Origin: Pecten maximus
Lineage: Eukaryota
Assembly (NCBI RefSeq): GCF_902652985.1
Contig: NC_047028.1
Coordinates: 25,110,001 to 25,174,000 of the forward strand
DNA: 64,000 bases
Direction: 5' to 3'
Position 1 is the first letter of the stretch, and every line of letters begins with the position of its first letter. A model generated the notes under the pieces. It worked only from the letters and a program-made list of their open reading frames with translations. It did not search any database and was not told the DNA's origin. A program made the position numbers and the translations under genes. Positions 24,001 to 37,177 of this stretch are shown piece by piece.

Positions 24001-27000
24001 ATCGGTATGACAAGAGCAATATATATATTATCATATCATTGCAATAATAATGAAGAATTTATTTTAATTTTCTTGTTTATTTTTTCCTAATGTCTGAAAT
24101 TTAATTGAATTTCGCAAGCAGAAAGATGTGATATCAAAAAGTTTTTCTTACCAGATAATATTTGTAGACTTTTACTGAGAATTTAAAGATAATGCTTTTA
24201 ATACCAACTTAATCTCAATTTTGCTAGCCATGGTTTACAGGCCAACCACTCCTCTAGATTAGACAACATTTAACCTTCACCTTGGCTAGAAAAGTCTGAG
24301 ATCAGTTTAAAGATCTGTGAAAAGGTTTCATTAAATATTAATGTATTATCAATTTTTTTTTATTAGAGTTAAAAATTTCTAAATATAATGATGTTGATCA
24401 TTTTAGTAGCCATGCATACTGTACATGTAAAGTTTACCTGTATATACCAGGTAGTTAATCAAAGATGTATGTAACTGTGCCTAGGTCTGAAACACTATAT
24501 TAGTTTCAGGTTGTTGTTGTAAATTAAACAACATCCTAGACTCTCTTTTGTGTCAAACTTCATTCAAATGTTTAATTCATGATTTTAACATGTTTATCTT
24601 TATTTCACTGCTGTTACCATTTTTTCCGACAGGTGGGAACTCTGCTCTAAGTGATAAATGGAAGAAGGAGTTTTTGCCGGAGCACTGTGTCAGTTCTGTA
24701 GAGGTGTTTGATCCAGATACCAATACATGGTCCATGGGACCGGAACTTCCCAACGCCATGTGTGGAGCAGGTGAGCTGTTCAGTAAACAAAGATTATGCT
24801 ATAGTCTGTATAGTTATATGAACATAACTGTACAGTGAAATTCTCCAAACCGGGAAAACATTGGACACGAACATTTCGCCAGTTTAGGGAGGGTTCAGTT
24901 AGCAGGAGTGAACCAAGAAATTATAATATTATGATGATTTAAATGCTGTTTGTTTTATAAAGTTTTTTGTTTTGTATCTAGCTACAAATCAGTATGTGTG
25001 CTGCCTGGCTCATGTGTTGTATAACTAATTATATACTTTCAGAAAACAAAAAATTAATTTCAGTAATAAAGCTGATTGCATATATGTTCAAGTTTGTATA
25101 CATTTTGAGGATAAATGATTATGTGTTTCCATTTTTGGAGTAAGTACCGGCCAAACTTGTGCCACTACACTCCTTGCGTCAATGATTGATCTGTTTGAAT
25201 GATTTAAACATTAAGTGCTTTGCGATGCTATCCCTTTCAAGTACATTTATCTAGAAACCCACTTTGGAACCTTCTGCAAATTAGAATCAAAATTTATTTG
25301 TCATCAAGTGTGTTACAACAGCAAAAAATCATCAGACAACTCTCATGTCAGATGTGGTGTTTTGAATCCATGAGGATTCAGGTGAAACAGGTCCACAGAA
25401 GTAATTATGAATATTGTAAACAATTCCAGACACAATTTGAATAAGTTTGGTATTCAGAATTCAGAAGAGCAATATTAAGAAATCCTAATGATTTAAAGTA
25501 AAAACAAATCTCTGCATTGGTGTTACTTTCAGTATGAAGACATGACAGGGTTTCGTAAGATCGATTTGTAGATGTTCAACAGTAAATAAAAAAGTTTTAA
25601 TTTTACTGCAAATGTAAAACAAGTTACATCATCTTGTATTAACTAGGCATGTTGGCCTGGGTGGAAGCACACAGGGGAGTATTTCTGTGGGAGGTACAAT
25701 TGTAGATGGAGTACCAAGGCTTTCACTGACGCCTTTTTATACCCCCGCAACAAAGTTAGGGGGGTATACTGGAATCAGGTTGTCTGTCCGTCCGTCCGTC
25801 CGTCTGTCTGTAGACACAACTCCTCCTAAAGCGATGGGCCAATTCCGATGAAACTTCACACAAATATTAATGATCATGTGTAGATATGCATGCCAGTTTA
25901 TTTTTCTCAAAATTATGGTTGCTATGGCAACTGGTCACTATAAACAGGTTTTCTGATAAGAACCATAACTTTAAGTTTGTCCGGACAACTCCTCTTAAAC
26001 TGATGGGCCGATTTCAATGAAACTTCACACAAATATAAAGGACCACGTGTAGATGTGCATGCCACTTTATCTTTCTCAAAATTATGGTTGCTATGGCAAC
26101 TGGTCACTATAAACGGGTTTTCTGATAAGAACCATAACTTTAAGTTTGTCCGGACAACCCCTCCTAAACCGATGGGCCGATTTCAATGAAACTTCACACA
26201 AATATAAAGGACCATATGTAGATGTGCATGCCACTTTATCTTTCTCAAAATTATGGTTGCTATGGCAACTGGTCACTATAAACAGGTTTTCCGATAAGAA
26301 CCATAACTTTAAGTTTGTCCTGACAACTCCTCCTAAACTAAATGGCCAATTTCAATGAAACTTCACACAAATATAGAGGACCATGTGAAGATGTGCATGC
26401 CACTTTCTTCTTTTTTCAAAATTATGGTTGATATGGCAACTGGTAACTATAAACAAATTTTCTGATAAGAACCATAACTTTAAGTTTGACCGAACAACTC
26501 CTCCTAAACCGAAGGGCCGATTTCAATAAAACTTGACACAAATATAGAGGACCATGTGTAGATGTGCATGCCACTTTATTTTTCACAAAATTATGGTTGC
26601 TTTGGCAATTAGTCACTATAAACAGGTTTTCCGATAAGAACCATAACTTTAAGTTTGTCCGGACAACTTCTCCTAAACTAAATGGCCAATTTCAATGAAA
26701 CTTCACACAAATATAGAGGACCATGTAGATGTGCATGCCACTTTTTTTTTTTTTTTTTCAAAATTATGGTTGATATGGCAACTGGTCACTATATTACTGG
26801 GTTATCTTAGTTATCCTCTAATTAACAGTTCCAATTCACCATTGACTCGTGCAGATTGCGGGGGTATTATTCAGCCATCCTGGCGACAGTTCTTGTTTGG
26901 ACCTGTAATGGATAATTGAAATTGTTTCGTACTTAATGCAAATTCCCAAAAATTGCAATTTGCTCCTGAAATAGTCTTTCTCGATTATTCCCAAAATGAG

Positions 27001-27523
27001 ACAAAAAAGCCTGATCCCAAACCAGTGAGAAAAAAGCCCATGGAAACCCCACATGATGGGGCAGATGACCAGGTCCGTTTAGGGGATGTAAGCCCAGTCA
27101 CCTAGGTGTAAGTAAGGCATGTGTGTTACCACTGTCCCACCCGACAACCTGGCTACAATACTTGTACTTGATTATCCCATATGTTGGTCTACAACCTAGT
27201 AAATAATCTGATACTGATAAGCTTTTCATTTGTTTCCAGGTATTGTGAAGTATGGTAACACTATTCTGATCGTGGGTGGAGAGGACGATAAGAGCTGGAT
27301 GGCTGGTCTGTGCTGGCTCAAGGAGGATCAGGGTAAACAGATGTGGGTAGAAGGGCAGGAGCTACCCACAGTGATGAGTACATTCGGCTGTGTCGTGGCC
27401 AATATACAAGACGATGTGGCGAAAGCGCTAACTACTCAAGACACAAAAATCTGTGTCTGTTTACTGTTGGGACAAGTGATAACTAGGACATCTGATACAT
27501 GTTCTACAGAATGTAAAAATTAA
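21098..27523 (+). CDS. Kelch-like protein (BTB-BACK-Kelch; probable Cullin-3 substrate adaptor), about 648 aa, 6 coding exons
   Basis: Exons 21098-22130, 22805-22997, 23365-23562, 23904-24004, 24633-24770 and 27240-27523 total 1947 nt, all GT-AG and in frame. BTB: [65 protein letters not shown]. Kelch repeats: IYLAGG, AYAIGGQDG...VERYDP..NAW, LYVFGG, IYVIGG, ILIVGG. Confidence 0.95.
22578..22754. mobile_element. Tc1/mariner-type MITE
   Basis: Terminal inverted repeats CAGTGAAACCTG ... CAGGTTTCACTG, preceded by TA. Confidence 0.65.
23620..23725. repeat. 33-bp tandem repeat (3 units), intronic
   Basis: tggttttgtac(g/a)gcatttacaa(c/t)agtcttttc repeated three times. Confidence 0.85.
25734..26898 (+). 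mobile_element. Helentron-associated element (HINE) with (GTCC)n microsatellite and about 6 x 169-bp tandem repeats, in Kelch intron 5
   Basis: Left end tttttatacccccgc, then (gtcc)n(gtct)n, 169-bp period units, and a right subterminal repeat gcggggtatt followed by a short stem-loop-like segment and ttcttgttt. Confidence 0.85.
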
Positions 27524-30244
27524 ACTATTGAGTCAAGCACCCTGCCATGCAACTAGCTGAAATAACATTGGCTATTGGTTACCTAACCTGTTGTGATGAG
27601 AACCAATGTCCTTGTTACTGCCTATATATAGGACGATATTAGGATATGTCAGATAAATATTAGATCATGTTCCTAAATCATGCAACTCCATTTAACAGGA
27701 GCTCTAAGGTTTGTTTGTTTATGCGAAGGAACCTGTTTGAAAAATGTTTTGAATGACTAACCTTTCATGCATAATTCTTACTTACATGACCATCAGATAT
27801 TAATACATAACTTGGAAATCTTTGTCAAGGCTTGTCAGAAAGTAAGATAGATCACTAGGTCTGTCCTAATATTTAAATGTAAAAATTGTAAAAATGGTCA
27901 ACTATTTGCAATGCAAAAACAAAAGTGGCCCTGTTGGTATGTGAAAGACACATGGCTACACTACGATTTGTGGCGATGAAGCCCCATTTTGATCTGTGCG
28001 TTTGTGTGAAAATTACATGACAAGACACATAGTGTATTATGACTAAAGGTTGATTGTTGAGATGACTAAAGGTTGATTTTTGAGACAGGATCTCTCTACA
28101 GCACTGTGATAAGCTGTTTTGGTTGTGTGATGGCCAACATAGATAATGTGGCTATAGGATTTTACATTTAAGCTCATCTTAATTCTTTCCTTGTAATAGA
28201 CTCTGGCAAAGATGATGTGATGTGTCAGTATTATGAATACATCAAGTACTTTTATATACGGGACTTGACACAATTTTCCTACCATACTCCATATATATAT
28301 GTATTACATTATCATACATATGTATTTACCATGAGTTGGGAATTCGTGCCAACTCCCTGTGCTTTTATATTTTCAAATATTTTCTTGCAATCCCAAAAAC
28401 TACTATGAAGCATATACCCGGGTATATCAGTATTTACTGTGTATGAACTGTGTATACATAACTGTATCCACTTTTGAAATCAACATGCGTACCTGTTGTG
28501 TGACACAATTTACTCAGGAGGAGAAAGCAGTTGTTTTGACTATAGTTACTGCCCAGTGTGTACCTGCATAATATGAAATGATAACTTGCTGGTTTCTTAT
28601 AATAACTTAATTGTATTTGAAACTAATAAGTAAGTTTGTGGTATAACGTTTGATTGATATCCCATATAGATAAAAAAATAAGTATAGTTTTATCTACTTT
28701 TAAGTTCATTGCATTTATTTTTGTGATTTTTTGTTTACCTCAAAATCAGCAAATGCATTCTTGTATAAAATATGAGTGAAGAAAGCATACCATTTAGTTG
28801 GTGCTTGTAATCACAACTGAAATCAACAGGAAAGTATTGAAGTTTATCTCTATGAAGCACTTTATAGATGGGCATTTCCTATCATTTGGCTGTGAGTTCT
28901 ATATTGTGTTGTATTCCCTATTTACAAAATTATGTATGGTGAAGAGAGCTGTTTTCAAGTCATGACTAGGTTGTGATATGTTAAATTACTTAAACATTTG
29001 AACTACTTATTGATAAAAAAGATCTTGACGAATTGTTTGCACACTAAAATGAATACAAATGGATGTTCTAATAAATCACTTTTTTTTTCAAGGGAGATAA
29101 TCAAGTAGATTATATGAAGACATATCCTTGATTATCTCCCTTTAGGTTTTACAATAAGTTACACTATGATACACAATGGATGTAGGCAGATATTCTGCCT
29201 TTAAATCCATATCTTACTAAATCTTTAATGTAAAGAATGTATAGTTCTTTGTTATTTCCTGAGATTTCTTTATTGTTGGCTAAATAATTGTATTTCAGCT
29301 CAAGATTTTCCCAATGAGTATCAAGATTAATAACACATTTGGTGGGGTGACTGTTCCAGTTTTTGACAATCCTAGAGCAAAATCAGTTTTTCTGAATGTC
29401 ATGCTTGAAATTAGTATTTTTGCTTGATGGTAAGGTACTATGCTTGTGACTGAAATGTACAGAATGCTATCTATAATGAAGATCAGCCAGAATGCTGTTT
29501 TGATAAAAACAAAATTTTATATGATTTTTTTAAACGTATATAATATATCCAATTGCTACAGTACTTTCATTTTGTGTTTGATTATGTGCCACAAATATTT
29601 TCTGTTTTATTTAAATTTTGACAATCAGTCAGCTGTTATTTTAATTTTTCAAACAACGGTGGCATATCAAACAATTTAAAAATTGATTCTCAATTACATG
29701 TAATTTACCATTTTCTTGATATAAATATGTACTTTACCTGATATGCCACACGATCGCAAAATATTTTACTATTTCCATGGGATGGTTGAGTTGAGTATGT
29801 TTAAATATACTTCCTTTTGATTAAAAAAAACCCTTAAAACTATTGTAACACATTTAAGCTGTTTATGTTTGACTAGCTGGAGTTTTAAAGTTATGAATAA
29901 TGAAACAATTAAAAAAAATTATGATAGTAATAAAAATATTGTTCAACATTTATATTGTGAACTACATGTATCTAATTTGCAAAATTACTCTGTGCTTCAC
30001 ATTACACGACATAATAATATTTCCAAGCGTTACATAGTGTTCAGACCTTATATGCAAGTAAATTAGCGATCACCAGAAAGTCTGTGAGTCTACTATCAAT
30101 GTAAAAAAAAAGATCATGAGTATAATTTTAAAAAATACATTAGTGTAAAAAAAAATTCATTTTCGTGAATGACAATTCTTTTTTGCGTATTTCACGAGAG
30201 ATTAAAATTCTCAAAAATTAATCGTCATGAAATAGGTTCAATCA

Positions 30245-30415
30245 CAGAGTGGTCACAAGCTCTAAACCCACATTTGGCAGTTACCTCATACTGACTGTAG
30301 GCCAGTCGTTTTTCTATGGGCCTCCGGCTTTTTTCCACCTCAAAAGCCTGGCACATCCTTAAATGGCCCCGGCTGTTAATAGGGACATTAAACAAAATTA
30401 ACCAAAATAAAGCAA
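30245..30415 (+). mobile_element. Degraded V-like SINE copy
   Basis: ctccggctttttccacctcaaaagcctggcacatccttaaatggccccggctgttaatagggacattaaacaaaa matches the 3' half of the 2528 copy. Confidence 0.7.
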
Positions 30416-31099
30416 ATACAGTAGGTTTTATATTACTGTAAATTGCAAAGTTTTTTCGTCGCAAAAAATTTGTTACTTTGAAAATGGGAAAATGTCTGTT
30501 TACAGTACTGTATTAATGGCCCATGGCCATTTAACAGTAATTAAAAAATGAATTAGTTAATTTCTTTATAAGCATAATTATGATTTATTTTGTTTGTTTG
30601 CTCGGTCTCCTTGATGTAACTTGTCGCTATCTCACTAGATATCATCTGTGTACAAGAGGCCTGTCACGTACATTTTGTACATTATGTGGTCTCGCCTTCA
30701 ATAAACTAGTACATGAACCTATTGTTTAGGAATCATTTACCATAAATCACTGAAATTTAATGCTGTTATCTTTCCTTTATATCAATTATATAAATTTTCC
30801 AAATTTCAATTGATTAGATATAAAAAGAAAATAATAATAATTTCATTTTTTTTTTAATGATGTGGCAGGGATACATAAAATGACTTACTCATGACTCAAG
30901 ATTTGAAGTTGAAAAACGTTACAAGAAAAATTAAGATAAATTTTTACAAGACAGAATTTTTCTAATTTGATGAAATACTGAGAGTAGGAATAAGAAATAT
31001 ATATGAAACACTCATAAAATACTACCTCCTGGGAAAAAGATTTCCAAAAAACCTGCTGATAAAGACAACCAGTACTGTGGATAGCAGATATCTGTCTTT

Positions 31100-32490
31100 G
31101 AAGGCTACATCTGTATAGCAAATATCTCTGTAAAGGTTATCTCTTTATAGCAAAAACATGTTAATAAAAGAAATCTCTATATAGCAACATCTGTATACAA
31201 GCCATATATATATAGCAACATCTGTATAAATGGCATATATATGTAGCAACATCTGTTTAAATCCCATCTCTGTATAACAACAAACTATCAATAAAGGCCA
31301 TCTCTATATAGCAACATCTGTATAAAGGCCATCTCTATATAGCAACATCTGTATAAAGGCCATCTCTATATAGCAACATCTGTATAAAGGCCATCTCTAT
31401 ATAGCAACATCTGTATAAAGGACATCTCTATAATAGCAAAATCTGCATAAAAGCCATTTATATAAAGAAACATCTGTATAAAGCCGTTTATATATAGCAA
31501 CATCTGTATAAAGCCGTTTATATATAGCAACATCTGTATAAAGAACATCTCTATATAGCAACATCTGTATAAACTCCGTTTATATATAGCAACATCTGTA
31601 TAAAGACCATCTCTATACAGCAAAATCTGTATATAGGACATCTCTATAATAGCAAAATCTGCATAAAAGCCATTTATATAAAGAAACATCTGTATAAAGC
31701 CGTTTATATATAGCAACATCTGTATAAAGGTCATCTCTATAATAGCAAAATCTGCATAAAAGCCATTTATATAAAGAAACATCTGTATAAAGCCATCTCT
31801 ATATAGCAAAATCTGTATAAAGGCCATCTCTACATAGCAAAATCTGTATAAACTCAGTTTATATATAGCAACATCTGTATAAAGACCATCTCTATACAGC
31901 AAAATCTGTATAAAGGCCTTCTCTATATAGCAAAATCTGTATAAAGGCCATCTCTATATAGCAAAATCTGTATAAAGACCATCTCTATACAGCAAAATCT
32001 GTATATAGGCCATTTCTATATAGCAAAATCTTTATAAAGGCCTTCTCTATATAGCAAGATCTGAATAAAGACCATCTCTATACAGCAAAATCTGTATATA
32101 GGCCATTTCTATGATAGCAAAATCTGCATAAAAGCCATTTATATATAGCAACATCTGTATAAAGGAATCTGTATGATAGAAAAATCTGCATAGCTAGCAG
32201 ATCTGTCTAATGGAATATGTGTTAAAGCCATTTATATATAGCAGCATTTGTATAAAGGCCATCTTTGTATAGCAAAATCTGTATAAAAGTCATTTCTATA
32301 TAGCAAGATCTGTATAAAGGTCATTTCTAAATAGCAACATCTGTATAAAGGCCATTTCTAAATAGCAAAATCTGTATAAAAGTCATTTCTGTATAGCAAG
32401 ATCTGTATAAAGGTCATTTCTAAATAGCAACATCTGTATAAAAGTCATTTCTATATAGCAACATCTGTATAAAGCCATTTCTGTAAAGCA
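31100..32490. repeat. About 31-bp minisatellite (about 45 units)
   Basis: Unit tagcaacatctgtataaaggccatctctata, with 30-32 bp variants and higher-order blocks. Confidence 0.95.
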
Positions 32491-33551
32491 GATATAATAT
32501 AAGTCTGTCTGTTATCAAAGGCAAGCTAATAGTTTGTTCCCACTGTCCATATCAAGACCACTTGCTCATAAAGACCCATTTTCTTGAATCGATTAAAATG
32601 GTTTTATAGACGGATTTTACTGTACATAACAGGTAAGCATTGTGTCTCTTGCTTAAAATACAAAGGTATTGTATAGACCAATATGTCATAAAATTCTACA
32701 ACTCCAGGGTGTTGCAAAGGACCAATGCTCATTGAAAGATACTTTTTTTCTTTTGACATAATATTTTTTCTTTTGACATAATATTCTGTTCATTTATTTA
32801 TCACTTTCATTTATATGCTCGATGAAACAATCATGTAAAATAAGTCTGTGATTGCATTTGTTCATGTGGTTTCTGAGAGAAACTTTTGTGATATCAGTGT
32901 TAATATAAAATCAATAGTATGGAAGGATTTATTGTTTAAAAACGTACTGTTTACAGTTTATTTTCACAAGTATGATTTCTACTCAAAAAGAAGAAATATT
33001 AACCTTCAAAAATATATTGTCCTTTAAAAGTAAACGTTCTCAATTAAGTTTTGACTGATTATTTTGTATGCATGAGGTAATGTTTTAGTTGAAGAATATG
33101 TTGATACCCTGCAAGTTAGCGAATATGTCCTCCAATTAAAAATAGCTGGCTATATCAATATGGTATAATGTATATGTAAAGGTGCTTGGATGGAATTTAC
33201 TTCATTATTATATTAAGTTGCCATCAATCCATGTGACACAATATGATAATTCTTCATCTTTTTCATGGTGAAAGAATATAATTAACTTAAGCATGAGTAA
33301 TAAGATCACCATTCGTTTTTGTTTGAAATAAAAATGATATAAAAGTAATAGAAATAATATTGTTTTATTCTTGGGTCAAACCCATGACCTTCATGTTGTG
33401 AGAAGCAGCTCAGTTCAAAGGCAATAAGGAAGGAACCGCCAATTACCATATGATGAGAAAACATTCCAAATGGCAGCAAAACATGGTCGCTGTCGTGGCC
33501 CCGTGTAAATAAAGGAAATCCCAAATTATGTTTGAAGTTACCACATTCGTC

Positions 33552-34965
33552 GTCTCTGATGGACATACTGTTGTCTCTCTGATGGACATACTGTTGTCTC
33601 TCTGATGGACAAACTGTTGTCTCTCTGATGGACATACTGTTGTCTCTCTGATGGACATACTGTTGTCTCTCTGATGGACATACTGTTGTCACTCTGATGG
33701 ACATACTGTTGTCTCTCTGTTGGACATACTGTTGTCTCTCTGTTGGACATACTGTTGTCTCTCTGATGGACATATTGTTGTCTCTCTGTTGGACATACTG
33801 TTGTCTCTCTGATGGACATACTGTTGTCTCTGATGGACATACTGTTGTCTCTCTGATTGACATACTGTTGTATCACTGATGGACATACTGTTGTCTCTCT
33901 GATGGACATACTGTTGTCTCTCTGTTGGACATACTGTTGTCTCTCTGTTGGACATACTGTTGTCTCTCTGTTGGACATACTGTTGTCTCTCTGATGGACA
34001 TACTGTTGTCTCTCTGATGGACATACTGTTGTCACTCTGATGGACATACTGTTGTCTCTCTGTTGGACATACTGTTGTCTCTCTGATGGACATACTGTTG
34101 TCTCTCTGATGGACATACTGTTGTCTCTCTGATTGACATACTGTTGTATCACTGATGGACATACTGTTGTCTCTCTTATGGACAAACTGTTGTCTCTCTG
34201 ATGGACATACTGTTGTGTCTCTGACGGACATACTGTTGTCACTCTGACGGACATACTGTTGTCTCTCTGTTGGACATACTGTTGTCTCTCTGATGGACAT
34301 ACTGTTGTCTCTCTGATGGACAAACTGTTGTCTCTGATGAACATACTGTTGTCTCTCTGATGGACATACTGTTGTCTCTCTGATGGACATACTGTTGTCT
34401 CTCTGATGGACATACTGTTGTCACTCTGATGGACATACTGTTGTCTCTCTGTTGGACATACTGTTGTCTCTCTGATGGACAAACTGTTGTCTCTGATGTA
34501 CATACTGTTGTCTCTGATGGACATACTGTTGTCACTCTGATGAACATACTGTTGTCTCTCTGATGGACATAGTGTTGTCTCTCTGATGGACAAACTGTTG
34601 TCTATCTGATGGACATACTGTTGTCACTCTGACGGACATACTGTTGTCTCTCTGATGGACATACTGTTGTCTCTCTGATGGACATACTGTTGTCTCTCTG
34701 ATGGACAAACTGTTGTCACTCTGATGGACATACTGTTGTCTCTCTGATGGACATACTGTTGTCTCTCTGATGGACATACTGTTGTCTCTCTGATGGACAT
34801 ACTGTTGTCTCTCTGATGGACATACTGTTGTCTCTGATGGACAAACTGTTGTCTCTCTGATGGACATACTGTTGTCTCTCTGATGGACATACTGTTGTCT
34901 CTGATGGACAAACTGTTGTCTCTCTGATGGACATACTGTTGTCTTTATGATGGACATACTGTTGT
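33552..34965. repeat. 23-bp minisatellite (about 62 units)
   Basis: Unit gatggacatactgttgtctctct, with 21-bp variants. It generates the spurious MSIRETTVCPSERQQYVHQRDNS ORFs. Confidence 0.97.
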
Positions 34966-35352
34966 TTCCCTTCTCATTTCCCGACCTGCCAGGTTTCCTT
35001 TCTGTTTTATAAAACGGAAATTTTCTGCATATTTTTTTTCACAAGTTGTAAAAAGTGTGGCTCTATTCATGCTGTTTTCAGTGACTTGCTCAATGACATG
35101 TTTCCTTTTAAGAAATACAAAATAATTATCTTAGCTTTGTTCTGACAAATGATAAAATCTCGATACAAACTCATTTTGGTACTCTAAAACCGAAAGAAAA
35201 GCTCTTTAGGAATGATAATTCGTACTATATATCATAATATGACATTTGAGTTATTGTAAGTAAAGATTGGGAGGGGGTGGGAGAAAGCAATCGCCTAAAT
35301 CTTGTATACAGGATGATAGTATGTATCACTTGCGATCCACCAGGTCGACATA

Positions 35353-36621
35353 CGAGGGCTGATTGATATGTTGAGCCTCATATTGAAGGATTTGAATTTT
35401 GCCGGACATATTGTATAAATTTTTAACATAGTCCCCTTCAGTATATATACATTTTTGCCAGCGGTGTTTAAGGACCTCAATGCCACTTTTATAGAACTCC
35501 TTTCCTTGGCTGTTCAAAAAGTCATCCACTGCAATGTTTGACATCATCATCGGACTGAAAGTGGGTAGCTGAAATAGCTGTTTTCAGTTTTGGAAATAGT
35601 TGAATAAATAAGGCGGATGCTCAATCAATTCAAAGCTACAATCGTGAATGACAGCCATGGCAATGACAGATTTGTGAAGAGGAACATTGTCCTGATGGAA
35701 TAGCACACCTTTAGTGAGTTTTCCGCCGCGCTTAATTTTGATATTTTCCCGTAACTGCCTCATAAGTGAAACATAGTACGTGCCATTGATTGTTTGTCCC
35801 TTTTGGAGATAATTCTGCAGCAGAATACCATCTGCATCCCAGAAAACCGAGGCCATAACCTTCCCAGCTGATGGAACAGTCTTTGCCTTCTTTGGAGGGG
35901 GAGAGCCAGGATGCTTTAGTTGTTCCGATTGTTGTTTGGCCACTGGGATAAAATGAGGGGCCCATGTTTCATCCAAAGTTACAAATCTCTGAAGAAAGTT
36001 GGCAGGATCTTCCTCAAAAAGGTAAAGATTAGCACGCGATAATGAGCGCCTGGTGTACTTCTCATCAACTGTCAGAAGTCTTGGTACCCATCGGGCCGAA
36101 CGCTTTCTCATTGCAAAATCCTCGGTCAGAATGGAATGTACTCTTTCCTGTGAAATGCCAACTCTACTGGCTATATATCTTTCTGTGACTCGTCTGTTAG
36201 TCATAACAATATCATGAACTTTATTGACCATTTCTCGGGTTGCAACATTGACAGGCCTTCCAGGACGTGGGTCATCCTTAAGGCTCTGTCTTCCGCGCTT
36301 AAATCCCGCCACCCACATTTTCACTGTAGCAAATGAAGGGGTATCTTTCCCTAGTGTTGCTACCATATCATTATGGATATCCTTAGGTATTAAACCCTTT
36401 TGATGCAAATATTGGATCGCTGCTCTTTAACCGATTTTGTCTATTTTGCAAAAGCCGCTTGACTTGTTTACTTTAGAGTGCAACCTCGTCGATATAAACT
36501 AACCAAATGAGACCAGTCCTTGGGCATACGGCCCTATAGAGTCAGAGAATAGTAGGACTTATAAAATCATCCTTGAGTACCTCTTTCAATACGAGACTCA
36601 CAACATATCAATCATCCCTCG
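35353..36621 (-). mobile_element. Mariner (irritans-like) DNA transposon, about 1.27 kb, inactive
   Basis: Terminal inverted repeats cgagggctgattgatatgttg / caacatatcaatcatccctcg, with TA on the left. Transposase motifs WVPRLL, TLDETW, SAGKVMASVFWD, FHQDN and HPPY. Confidence 0.92.
35420..36444 (-). pseudogene. Mariner transposase pseudogene
   Basis: The expected start reads ATA and is followed by an in-frame TAA. The SPDLAPxD segment with the third catalytic Asp is missing after HPPY. The C-terminus (FYKSGIEVLKHRWQKCIYTEGDYV) lies in a different frame. Confidence 0.85.
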
Positions 36622-36947
36622 TTTATGCTGTTTCTGCCAACGCATATGCAGGAAACCTCTGCAATAAGCAATAATAAAAATTTTTTTTTTGTCAAGGCAT
36701 TCTAGGTAATTATATATATTACATAGTTTTAGATAATTCCATAGGGTGCTGTTCCGCATGCAAAGGTAATAACATAGTTTTGCCCACTTCCTTAAAGGTC
36801 CAAATGTTCAAGTGTCTCCTGCATTCCTAAAACTGGACTAATTTGACTGCAATGGAATAGCGATTTCATTTCAAACACTCAATTATTTTTTATGAAATTG
36901 ACGTCACAGACGCCTTCAAAGTAATGTATTGTCCAGCTCCTGGATGA

Positions 36948-37177
36948 TTTGGCTTGGTTTGGTTTGTTTTGTTTAACGTCCTATTAACAGCCAGGGTCAT
37001 TTAAGGACGTGTCAGGTTTTGGAGGTGGAGGAAAGCCGGAGTACCCGGAGAAAACCACCGGCTTACGGTCAATACCTGGCAACGGCCCCACGTAGGTTTC
37101 GAACTCGCAATCCAGAGGTGGAGGGCTAGTGTTAAAGTGTCGGACACATTAACCACTCGGCCACCGCGCCCCCCATA
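36948..37177 (-). mobile_element. Full-length V-like SINE with 11-bp target-site duplication
   Basis: Intact A and B boxes on the minus strand; CTCCTGGATGA duplicated at 36937-36947 and 37178-37188. Confidence 0.9.

Noticed and set aside
25922-26919. Repeated ORFs of about 61 aa (MTSCHSNHNFEKDKVAC...)
   Set aside because: Products of the 169-bp tandem repeats inside the HINE.
31366-31902. 178-aa hydrophobic repeat ORF
   Set aside because: Translation of the 31-bp minisatellite.
33306-34957. Long repetitive ORFs up to 351 aa (MSIRETTVCPSERQQYVHQRDNS)
   Set aside because: They arise from a stop-free 23-bp minisatellite that is open in all three minus frames, with frame-breaking 21-bp variants. 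No splice or domain support.
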